Shown in pieces: positions 1 to 10,303 of a DNA stretch of 29,388 bases; position 1 is the first letter of the stretch; each line of letters starts with the position of its first letter. A model generated the notes under the pieces. It was not told where the DNA came from. It saw nothing but the letters and a program-made list of their open reading frames with translations, and made no database searches. Source of the DNA: Octopus sinensis (Eukaryota); NCBI RefSeq assembly GCF_006345805.1, contig NW_021833155.1, positions 1-29,388 of the forward strand, written 5' to 3'. Made by a program: the position numbers and the translations under genes.

Positions 1-700
1 GAGTTTTTTTCTTCTCTCTCTTTCTTTTACTCTTCCTTCTTTGTTTCCTTAGCAGGTCTCGATGCCTCTCTTTTATCTCTTCATATAGCTGCTTAGCCCT
101 TCTCTTTCCTCCTCTTTGCTCCCTCCATCTGGTTCTGAGTTTTTTTTCTCTCTCCTTTCTTCTACTCTTCCTTCTTTGTTTCCTTAGCAGGTCTCGATGC
201 CTCTTTTTTATCTCTTCATATAGCTGCTTTAGCCCTTCTCTTTCCTCCTCCTTTGCCTCCCTCCATCTGGTTCTGAGTTTTTTTTCTCTCTCCTTTCTTC
301 TACTCTTCCTTCTTTGTTTTCTTAGCAGGTCTCGATGCCTCTCTTTTATCTCTTCATATAGCTGCTTTAGCCCTTCTCTTTCCTCCTCCTTTGCCTCCCT
401 CCATCTGGTTCTGAGTTTTTTTTCTCTCTCCTTTCTTCTACTCTTCCTTCTTTGTTTTCTTAGCAGGTCTCGATGCCTCTCTTTTATCTCTTCATATAGC
501 TGCTTTAGCCCTTCTCTTTCCTCCTCCTTTGCCTCCCTCCATCTGGTTCTGAGTTTTTTTCTCTCTCCTTTCTTCTACTCTTCCTTCTTTGTTTTCTTAG
601 CAGGTCTCGATGCCTCTTTTTTATCTCTTCATATAGCTGCTTTAGCCCTTCTCTTTCCTCCTCCTTTGCATCCCTCCATCTGGTTCTGAGTTTTTTTTTC
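1..700 (-). repeat. 138-bp tandem repeat (~5 copies, runs off the window start) derived from the HERO retrotransposon ORF; minus strand reads as a 46-aa charged repeat
   Basis: The anchor GAGTTTTTTT recurs at about 1, 137, 275, 413, 551 and 688. Minus-strand translation is KLRTRWRDAKEEEREGLKQLYEEIKKRHRDLLRKQRRKSRRKEREK. Confidence 0.92.
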
Positions 701-1440
701 TCATCTCGAATCTTTGTGATCCGCTCTTTGCCGTTGATTCTACCCTCCCTGTTGTTTCCAGTCCAAATCGTTTCTCTCCTTCCTGGTAGATTGTATTAAT
801 CAAGACTTTCGAGCTTTTGTTCGTCGTCGCCTTTGAATTTGGTGGTCATTCTTGCTACCTCGTCTTCAAATTTTTATAACTCGCTGCGTCATTTGCTTTT
901 GGCCACCTAATCATTGTCCTCTTCACGCCTATCAGTCTTTTTGACTGTTCTAATTCAACTGTGGAATGAACCTCGCTATGGTTATTTTCCAGGGGGTTCT
1001 GGCCACACGTCTTATGGTTTATCAACCCACGTTGTTGAATTACTTTCTTCTGGCACACCTTCCCTTGGTGGATTCTCAGCCCGATGTAACTAGCAAACAC
1101 CTTTCCGCAGCAGCTGAACTCCTCATCTTCCATTCCTATACCGTTTCCTTTCTCATTGTCCATTTCCGGTCCAAGTCCATTTCGTTTTTCTCCGTCCCTA
1201 TTTGATCCTTTATTCTCCCCCCATTGTCTGGGATCATGGGGGCATGATTTCCCATGCTTTTTCATTGCAATTTTACCCCGGATTGGGCTGCAAGCCCATT
1301 TGATCCTTCGTTACGCTGTCATACTGAGATCAGTGCAAAGTCACTAAACAGAAGCAGACTGAGTCGTCAGTCAATCAAGCACTGCTTGAGCGCCTGGAGC
1401 TTTGAGGGGCCTACACTCTACATGTTAACTCTTTGATATC
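690..1440 (-). mobile_element. 5' fragment of a HERO (R2/Hero-like, RLE-type) non-LTR retrotransposon: 5' UTR and frameshifted ORF N-terminus
   Basis: ORF 855-1265 has a zinc-finger-like motif (CCGKVF..YIGLRIHQGKVC) and IRWPKAND. After frameshifts it continues as FEDEVARM..KLESL..INTIYQEGEKRFG, then RWRDAKEEEREGL. This matches my recollection of the HERO N-terminal motif order (IKWP..FDEDV..IY..G.ERFG..WK.A.EEE..GL). Confidence 0.75.
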
Positions 1441-1964
1441 AATGCTAATGGGCCTGGTGAACAGTTATGTCCACGGGCTCTTAATACTCTCAGTCCACCC
1501 CTGCCACTAAACCAAAGAAAGACTGGTCAACTTTATTATTATTTTTTTTTGTATTCTTCCAGGGACCTTACTGTAAAACTTCTCCTCCTTTCAGAAAACC
1601 CCAGAGCATTCATAAACATTCATAAGAACTGTCTTGGTATTTTGAGGTGGCTGGACCATGAGGATTGGGTGACCAGAGATCTTTTCAATGAGTGGTTGTC
1701 TGAGTTGTTTTCATAGTCACACACACACAGAGTCCACTTCACTATATCCATCTCCTCCCTGTAACTTGGGTGTATGCCCCATCACATCTTCACTATCTCT
1801 CTCTCTTCTCTTTCTGTTGCCAACTGATGTAGCCATGTATCTTGTCAACTGAAGACATTTATTTCTGTCCTATTTATGCTCTAATCTTTCATTGCCTGGC
1901 ACAAAGCCACTCCCTCAATACTGCTTCTCCACCCACTCCCTCAATACTGCTCCTCCACCCACTC

Positions 1965-2113
1965 AAGGGGTCCTTGTCTTGCAAGTTACTTGGTGACCCC
2001 ACTGGTGTCAGGCAAAAACCACCCATTACAATCTGACAACATAGTTTGGTGCAAGCTCCTATCAAGGCATCCACCCCATGCAAGCATGGAAGTAAGACAT
2101 TAAAAGATGATGA
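1965..2113 (+). mobile_element. Degenerate 3' end of an RTE-related LINE/SINE family
   Basis: Ends in CCATGCAAGCATGGAAG..CATTAAAAGATGATGA, an (ATG)n-type tail. Family assignment is from recall only. Confidence 0.45.
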
Positions 2114-2116
2114 CCT

Positions 2117-2268
2117 ACAATGGGCTTTCTATAGTTTCTGTCTCCCAAATTCACTCAAAAGTCATTGGTTCGTGGTGAACTCAGGACTTACCAAAATGCC
2201 AAGTAGCGGGACTGAACTGTAAATCACATGGTTACAAGACAATACTGTTAACCACACAGCCATGCATA
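2117..2268 (-). mobile_element. Diverged 5' half of the tRNA-derived SINE
   Basis: Reverse-complement similarity to 11477-11640 (ACCACACAGCC, GGGACTGAAC, GGGCTTTCT). Confidence 0.75.
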
Positions 2269-2379
2269 TGTACATATTGTAGATATATCTTGTAATCCAG
2301 ATAAATGTGGTATCATTTCAATGTATAAATGAATTGTCCCGAAGTTCTCAGTATTGTAAAACTGATGCTTTTGTAAATA

Positions 2380-2474
2380 GGAGTTGTATATAAAAATATA
2401 TATGTATGTATGTGAATACTTTTTTTTCTTAAATTTATATAAAAGCATCTCTTACTCTCTCTATGTGTGTGTGT

Positions 2475-2542
<68 letters not shown>

Positions 2543-2856
2543 ACATATATATGTACACATATATATTCATATATATTTATATACACAAATATGTGTGTGT
2601 ATATATATATATATATGTATTCATAAACACAAATATGTGTGTATATATATATATATAAATATATTTATATATATTATATATATATATTTCAGTATTCTTA
2701 TATCTTTGTTGATGGTGGTAAGCCTCCTTACTTTTTCCATAATAAGAAATACTTGATGAAAAAGTGAAATACTATTGTTAATGATGATGATGATGATGAT
2801 AGTAAAATATATATTTACACATTGAACATAGAATGGTCTATTAGTGTACAATCTAA

Positions 2857-2947
<91 letters not shown>

Positions 2948-2955
2948 TATATATA
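2380..2955. repeat. Compound microsatellites (TA)n, (TG)n, (ATG)n, (CT)n
   Basis: Directly visible simple repeats. Confidence 0.95.
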
Positions 2956-4935
2956 AGGTTAATCCAAACGAGAAAACAGAAAAAACAACAACACAAGGAG
3001 GTGGAACAATTAAAGTATTATTATTAGGCGCTCAGGAAAAAGGGAGCTCTTCGTCGGAAACAAAAAGAGAAAGAAAGATCCCGAGGCGGGCGGACGGAGG
3101 GGAAACAAACGCGACTGGTTTTCACAGGGTAAACATGCTGAAAGGCCGGAAGTCTTTAGACGAGCGGAGACAGGTTTTCAAAGACAAGAGAGCGGAAAAA
3201 AGATAGGTAACAACTCGATGAATGGGAAGAAGAAGGGGGTGTATGTGGGTATGTACGTGTGCGTGTGTGTATGTGTGTGTAAGGCGACGGCGGTTAGCGG
3301 GCAGCGGCCGTAACGATGTGCGAGATAAAAAAAAATGTGTATATATTAGTGCGTGCGTCTGTGTGTAAGTGTGTGTACGTAGGGCGAAATGTGGTAAACG
3401 TAGCAGTCGCAGGTCAGTGGTCAGTAGTCAAAGGAGGAAGGAGGGAATGTGTGCCTGCGTATGTAAGTCCCGTGTGTGTGTTTAGTTGTAGTATGTGTGT
3501 GTCCATGTGCGTTTGTTGTATGTATGGCAAGTAAATTTGAAGTGTGTGTAAGTGTATTGTATATATATATGCAAATGTGTGTGTGTGAGTGCGTGGGAGT
3601 GAGTGTATGTATGTGTGTGCGTGTGTGTACAAAAGGTAGGGGTATTATATGTGTGTGTATATATATGCATGCAAGGAAACAAACTGCAACTGACGGAAAT
3701 ATGGAAAAATGCTCCCGCGGTGACAGGCGTAAGAGAAACCCAAGAACACGCTGGCCCCAGATACGAACACGAGATCTAGTCGGAACCCACGGGCGTGGTG
3801 CATGCATGTATGCGTGCGCGAACGGGCACATGCATGTATGTGCGCGCGCCTGCGAGTGTGTGTGTAAGTATGTGTGTGTGTGGATGTGTGAGTGTGTATG
3901 TGTGTATGTCTGGGTGTCTGTGTGTCCGATTGAATGTATGTAAGTATGTGTGTGTATATGTGTGTGTATAGGTGTATGTCCGTGTGTATGTGTGTGTGTA
4001 TGTGTGTGAGTGTGTATGTATGTATGTGTGTATGTGTGGAAGTGTGTGTATGTGCATGTGTGTGCGCGTGCATGCGAGTGTGTGAGTAAGTGTGTGTGTG
4101 TGTATGTATGCGTGAGTGTGTATGTGTGTATGTCTGTGTGTATGTGTATGGGTGTATGTATGTATGTATGTGTGTGTGCATGTGTGGAAGTGTGTGTGTG
4201 TATGTATGTATGTATCTATGTGTGTGTACGTGCGTGTGTGTGTGTGTATGCTTGTATGCGTACATGCGTGTAGGTGTGTGCGTGTGCATGCATGCATGCA
4301 TGTGCGTATGTATGCGTGTGTGTGTGTGCATGTGTGTAAGTATATATGTATGTGTGTATATGTGTGTGTATGTGCGTACATGTGTGTGTGTATGCATGTG
4401 TGTGTATGTAGGTGTGTAGGCGTGTGTGTATAGGTGTATGTGTGTATGTATGTATGGGTGTGTGTCTGTGTATGTTTGTGTGTGTGTGTATGTATGTATG
4501 TATGTATGAGTGAGGGTATGAGTGTATGTAAGTGTGTGTGTACGTATGTAATGTATGTATGTATGTGTGTGTGTGCGTGTGTATGCGTTTGTGTATGTAT
4601 GTAGGTGCGTATGTATGTGTGTGGGAGTGTAAGTGTGTGTGTGCGTGTATGTGTGCGTGTGCGTGTATATGTTGGTGTGTGTGTATGTGAGTGTGAGTGT
4701 ATAGGTGTGTGTCATGCATGTGTGTGCGCGTGCAGGCGAGTGTGTGTGTAAGTATGTGTGTGTATGTATGTGCGAGTGTGTATGTGTGTATGTCTGTGTG
4801 TATGTGTGTGCGTATAGGAGTATGTAAGTATGTGTGTGTGTATGTGTGTATGTGTATGGGTGTATGTATGTATGTGTGTGTGTGTGTGCATGTGTGTGAG
4901 TATATGTGTGTGTGCGTATATGTGTGTGTATGTGT

Positions 4936-4940
<5 letters not shown>
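2956..4940 (-). mobile_element. Probable Penelope-derived 3' UTR/pLTR-type element with long degenerate (TG)n/(TATG)n tracts, bounded by (TA)n
   Basis: Unique CpG-rich blocks at 2956-3320 and 3670-3830 are embedded in TG repeats with (TA)n on both sides. The layout parallels the 3' region of the Penelope-like element (12729-14900). A partial hammerhead-like core CCGACGA-AGAGCTC lies on - at about 3044-3057. Confidence 0.45.
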
Positions 4941-4980
<40 letters not shown>

Positions 4981-4993
<13 letters not shown>

Positions 4994-5206
4994 TATCGCC
5001 ACACTAATATGGCATTCTTATAAAAATAAGAAAAAAGCTGTCCGCTTATTAGCTCCATGAGGCCATCGCCCTAAGTTAGCTATTTGATACACAAACTGTA
5101 TCCATTTTATAAGAATGCCATATTAGTGTGGCGATAACTATTATTTTCCGGGAACGCTGCCGCTGTTCTCTTTTGGAGAGACTTAGTTATTTTAATATTT
5201 CTGTTA
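4981..5206. mobile_element. Inverted pair of fragments from the 363-bp retrozyme-like family, inserted in (TA)n
   Basis: 4983-5104 matches about 8816-8937. 5104-5206 is the reverse complement of about 8757-8856. The two pieces form ~43-bp inverted arms. Confidence 0.9.
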
Positions 5207-6276
5207 TATATATATATATATATATGACAGCATGGAAAAAGTGAAGGTAAATCATGATGATACACATACATGTGTGTGTGTGTATGTATATATATATATA
5301 TATACATATATATGGATACATTATTTCTTCTTATTCATTCTCCATCTTTATTATTCAACTATATGAAAAGCAAGTTTTTGTTTTGTTATTCTTTCTTTCA
5401 TATTTCTGCATATGCTGTGCACATAGCCATTCTGTCTCTCTGTATCCCAATCAAACTGTCAAGCAAGTGGAATACCACAATTTTCTCAAGCTATCTTAAT
5501 TTCTCTATAATTTCAGACAGGCAGAAGGAACAATTCTATTTCTCTTACTTTCTGGAAGATCCCTCTGCTCTCCGGTAGATATTACTTTTTAACAATGTTG
5601 CTAATCTTCATAAATTGCTCTCACTCAAAGAAACCACATCTCCCACTTACATTTAAAAAGAGAGGGAGAGGGACAGAAATCACGAGGGAAATTATCAAGT
5701 TCTACTTAAAGTAAAATGAGGCATAATAAAAAAAAATAAAAATGGTTTACATAACTGTCATAACTAGAAGTATAAAATATCTTTTTTTTTTACCTTTTTA
5801 TTTTCTTACCACCATTTCCCGAATCCTAGCCTTTCTCAATCAGTAGTTGAACTCCACAGTTAATATGAAGATATCTATCGATTCCTTTCAATAGTTCCTA
5901 TATATAATGACCTTCACTGTGCCCTGAACAATAATTTAAACTTCTTTGTGTTCTGTCCCATAATCGATGGACTCGTAGAAATGTGTCACCTTTCTTTACT
6001 GTTTGACACTTGCAACAATATGCAGGAATCACACACAAGCATTAGAAACTTTGTAAAAATGTGCTCTTCTTCTCCAAAAGCTTTAACAGAATGGAATGAA
6101 CAATTAACTCAGTAAAGGTTCCCTGAGTCACGAGATCTTCAGTATTATAAATGCAAAGTATTGGTATTTTATCACCAAGACTAAATTAGATCTGAGTTTT
6201 TTCTTCTGTTATTCTCAGTCAATTAGTGAGATAAATAAATCAAGATTTGAAACCCAATTGCTAAGTAATTAATAAT

Positions 6277-6700
6277 CCATTCTACTATAAGTACAAGGCC
6301 TTTAATTTTGGGAAAAAGTGCAACTTGATTGCATCAAATCCAGTGCTCTATTGATACTTATTTCACTGACATCCCCCACCACCCAATGATGAAATACAAA
6401 ATCAACCAAAGTGGAATTTGAACAGAAAATGTAAAGATGGACAATATGCCGCTTAGCATTTTCTCCAGGGGCTTATGACAACTTGCTGTCTTTAAAGTAA
6501 TGGTTTCAAATTTTGGCATTAGGCAAGTAATTTCAGTGGAGTGGGGAAAGTCAATTACATTGACCATGGTATTTGACTAGTACTTTATTTTATCAACCCC
6601 AGACAGATAAACGGCAAAGCTGATCTCAGTGAGGTTTTGACACAGATTGTAAAGAGCTGCAATAAATATTGTAAAATGTCTTTTCTGACATACGAATGAT
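6277..6700 (-). mobile_element. Two old, degenerate copies of a second tRNA-derived SINE family
   Basis: Parallel blocks (..GGGAAA..ATT.CAT..; TACTT.ATTT.A.C.AC.CC; GGAATTTGAAC / GGTTTTGACAC) resemble a recalled octopus SINE on the minus strand. Confidence 0.5.
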
Positions 6701-6954
6701 TCAGGCAAGCTCACCACCATGATGATAATAATAATACAAGCCATCTGGACAAATAGTGCAAAATGTAGGACAGGAGTCAGTGTGTAGCCGTTGTGCAGGT
6801 TTTGTGATGAAAAAGAAAGAAACAATGACCTATATAGTAAGGGTAACACAGAAACAGTACAAATCTTATAGACATGATAATGTTGCAAAGATTTGACACA
6901 TAGATAAAACTTGACTTTCAAATGCTGGTTGATATACACTGTTTTCATGAATTA

Positions 6955-7170
6955 CTCTTTCACTCACTTTTGCTACTTTCAGTTATTTGATTGCAGCCAT
7001 GTTGAAGCACCACCTTCAGTCAAACAAATAGAGCCCAGGACCTATTCTTTAGGAAGAGTACTTAATGTATCGGTCTCTTTTGCCGAACCGTTCAGTTATG
7101 GGGGCGTGAAAACAGCAGCATCATTTGTTGAGTGATGTTTGATGGATAAAGAGGCATACAAACGTATATG

Positions 7171-7267
<97 letters not shown>

Positions 7268-7429
7268 GATGGGCTTCTTTTAGTTTCCGTCTACGAAATC
7301 TATTAACAAGGCTTTGGTCACCCCGAGACTATAGTTGAAGACACTTGCCCAAGGTGCCATGCAGTGGGACTGAACCCAAAACACTGCGGTTCGTAAGCAA
7401 GCTACTTATCACAAAGCCGCTCCTACGCC
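6955..7429 (-). mobile_element. Near-full-length tRNA-derived SINE with an expanded internal (TA)n
   Basis: Reverse-complement match to 11477-11880 along its length. Confidence 0.9.
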
Positions 7430-7434
7430 TAGCA

Positions 7435-7476
<42 letters not shown>

Positions 7477-7624
7477 AAACGAAGCCTGCAACAACTCAAC
7501 TTCTATAGTCATAAATATTCCACAAGAGATATCTCAGAATGAGACCAATTGTGGCCAGTCCAGTTGGAATCTACTCCAGTAAGAAAATTAGCTTTATCCA
7601 CTTTTAAAATAATATATTTTCTCC

Positions 7625-8605
7625 ATCTACAAACACACAAACACAGAAATGAAAAGAGTTACACACCCACACAGGCACACACTCGAACACACAGAAAAGA
7701 AAACACTCATTCACTCACACACTCACACACACAAACGTACGCACCCACACACAGAAATGAAAACACAGTTACACACTCACACACACACCTAGAAATCAAA
7801 ACACACATTTACACACGCCCTCACTCACACACACATACACACATGCACGTACAAACATTGAACTGGAAACACTGTCACACATGCGCGCTCACACACAGAC
7901 ACAGAAATGAAAGCACACTCATACAATTTCTTCAGAATGTCACGGTTTTAAGGTCAACATATTTAAAGCATAAATACCTACAAGTGTGCATCTTTGCATG
8001 TATCTGTGTGCGTGTTCGGACGTATGTGTGTTTGTGCATGGGTGAGCACAGTCCACACATATGCCACGCTAACTTTACGGTTCGACAAAAGAGAAAAAGT
8101 TAGAATAAGTACTAGGCTTCCAAATACATACATGCACACACACAAACAAATAAAAACACACAGTCAATCACACACACGCACACACACACACACAAATACG
8201 CAGGCACATAAATAAAAGCAGTACAACACACCCACACACAAAGACTCTAATGAAAGTACTCACACACACACGCACACACACACTCACATACGCACAAACA
8301 AACACACACACGTAGAAATGAAAATACACAGTTGCACAATCATACACTCACACACACGGACAAACACACACAAGCACAGAAATGAAAACACAGTTAAACA
8401 CCCACACAGGCACACACTCGAACATACATACATAAAAACACTCACTCACACACACTCCCACACGCAAACACACAGAAATAAATATATTCACTCACACACA
8501 CGCACAGAAATGAAATAGTCACACACACTCACACACAAACTAATGCGCGCAAACACAGAAAGGAGAAAACACACATTTACAAACTCACACACCTAGAAAT
8601 GAAGT
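7625..8605 (+). repeat. CA-rich minisatellite-like repeat (CACAGAAATGAAAACAC motif) with an internal dispersed module at ~7920-8070
   Basis: The motif recurs many times. An inverted relative lies at 12290-12620, and the module is also at 17100-17335 and, inverted, at 19345-19490. Confidence 0.8.
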
Positions 8606-8663
8606 GTATTTATCTGTCTACGAAAGTAGCCCGTCGTATATAGATTGGTAGAAATATATAGAG

Positions 8664-8734
<71 letters not shown>

Positions 8735-8756
8735 ATATATATATATATATATATAT

Positions 8757-9370
8757 AATAGAAATATTAAAATTACTAAGTCTCTCTAAAAGAGAACAAC
8801 GGCAGCGTTCCCGGAAAATATTAGTTATCGCCATACTAATATGGCATTCTTATAAAAATAAGAAAAAAGCTGTCCGCTTATTAGCTCCATGAGGCCATCG
8901 CCTTAAGTTAGCTATTTGATACACAAACTGTATCCATATAACCTTTGAACAAGGGAGGTCAGTCGCTCCACACTACTTGGCCGGCAGCTACAGACGCGTT
9001 TCGGAGTATTGCCCCTTTTCAATGCAGCGTAGCCAAACCAGTAGGTGTCGCTTCCGACAATCTCTGTTCAAAGGTTTTATTTACCTAGCTTCGGTGGAAT
9101 ACATCCACTTGTTTTCAATAATAGAAATATTAAAATTACTAAGTCTCTCTAAAAGAGAACAACGGCAGCGTTCCCGGAAAATATTAGTTATCGCCATACT
9201 AATATGGCATTCTTATAAAAATAAGAAAAAAGCTGACCGCTTATTATTATGTGGATACAGTTTGTGTATCAAATAGCTAACTTAAGGCGATGGCCTCATG
9301 GAGCTAATAAGCGGTCAGCTTTTTTCTTATTTTTTTAAGAATGCCATATTAGTATGGCGATAACTAATAT
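8757..9370 (-). mobile_element. Retrozyme/pLTR-like non-autonomous element: 363-bp unit, partial tandem copy and inverted copy, within (TA)n
   Basis: GAAATATTAAAATTAC at 8761 recurs at 9124 (period 363). 9247-9370 is the reverse complement of about 8818-8941. The unit contains a hammerhead motif. Confidence 0.8.
8987..9028 (-). ncRNA. Minimal type I hammerhead ribozyme with a U3-A8 covariant core
   Basis: Minus strand reads GCUGCA [UUGAAAA] GGGG caaua CUCC [GAAA] CGCG [UC] UGUAGC. Stems I and II pair, stem III is the palindrome ACGCGU, and the cleavage triplet is GUC (cut between 8993 and 8992). Confidence 0.8.
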
Positions 9371-9392
9371 ATATATATATATATATATATAT

Positions 9393-9680
9393 ACCAATTA
9401 AGGACTGAACACGAAAAGTGGACAGTCAACATGCTAGATATAGACGTCAAATCGCCATTCTCCACAAAAAGTCTATGTTCTCAGATCAAACTCAACACCA
9501 AACCAAAACAATAAACAAGTGAAAAATATACGAAATAAATATTTACTCATGTACTAAATTTAGTTTCGGCTGTTATTTTCCGCAAGGAAAAGTGCAGCCA
9601 TCTTCAGCATGGTCCCATATAAAATGTAATTTGCTGTACTAAATGCCAACACGATACCGAAATAACGCGTGCATTATTAT
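9393..9680 (-). mobile_element. ~290-bp hammerhead-bearing solo pLTR/retrozyme-like element between (TA)n tracts
   Basis: Unique non-coding block flanked by (TA)n on both sides and containing a hammerhead motif. Confidence 0.7.
9548..9611 (-). ncRNA. Type I hammerhead ribozyme
   Basis: Minus strand reads CAUG [CUGAAGA] u GGCUG cacUUUUCC uugc GGAAAA uaa CAGCC [GAAA] CUAAAUUUAG [UA] CAUG. The cleavage triplet is GUA. Confidence 0.88.
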
Positions 9681-9853
9681 ATATATATATATATATAATA
9701 TATATATTATATATATATATATTATATATATATATATATAATATATATATATATTATATATATATATAGATATATATAGATATATTTAGATATATATATA
9801 TATATATATAGCTAGATAGATGTATATACTGTTATATTATAGATAAAGATATG

Positions 9854-9892
<39 letters not shown>

Positions 9893-9896
9893 TATA

Positions 9897-10302
9897 CTAG
9901 CAGTATCGCCCGGCGTTGCTCGGGTTTGTAAGGGAAATAACTATATAAGCATTTTTAGTGAGTTATAGCAAAAAGTAGCAAAAAAATAGCAAAAAATTGC
10001 ATTAAAAATGGAATAAAAAATTATGGTAATTTTTTTTAAATCGTAGACTCATCGTAGACATTTTTAGAGAGTTACTTCCCTTATATAATAGCGAAAAAAT
10101 GCATTAAAATGGAAAAAATTATGGTAATTTTTTTTTTAAATCGTAGACTCATCGTAGACGCGCGCTAATACCCAGAAGGGCTCGATATGAATCACGACAA
10201 TAAGATACCCGGTTTTGGTTAAACTGCACCGCAAAATGTGGGAGTAGTTAGGAATCTAAATCGTAGGAGACAGACACACAACTTCACTTTTATATATAAA
10301 GA
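9897..10302 (-). mobile_element. Non-autonomous Helitron
   Basis: On -, it starts A|TC (10302-10301) and ends CTAG|T (9900-9897), with a GC-rich subterminal hairpin CCCGAGC-AAC-GCCGGG (9909-9924). An internal ~110-bp module is duplicated. Confidence 0.88.
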
Positions 10303-10303
10303 T

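Noticed and set aside
1270-1500. HDV-like ribozyme in the HERO 5' UTR
   Set aside because: The nested double pseudoknot could not be identified by eye; a descriptor search would be needed.
2248-5060. Many ORFs rich in YI, VC or HT, also at 11784-14900, 17800-18500 and 20839-21249
   Set aside because: They are translations of dinucleotide microsatellites that lack stop codons.
6100-6150. Other CTGANGA matches (about 1364 -, 1849 +, 6136 -, 7929 -, 12313 +, 18347 +, 21896 -, 23631 +) as hammerheads
   Set aside because: None has a correctly placed GAAA, stem III, NUH triplet and closing stem I.
8977-9276. 99-aa plus-strand ORF across the 363-bp unit
   Set aside because: It has no recognisable motifs or ATG at its listed start, and it is antisense to the ribozyme, so it is likely incidental.
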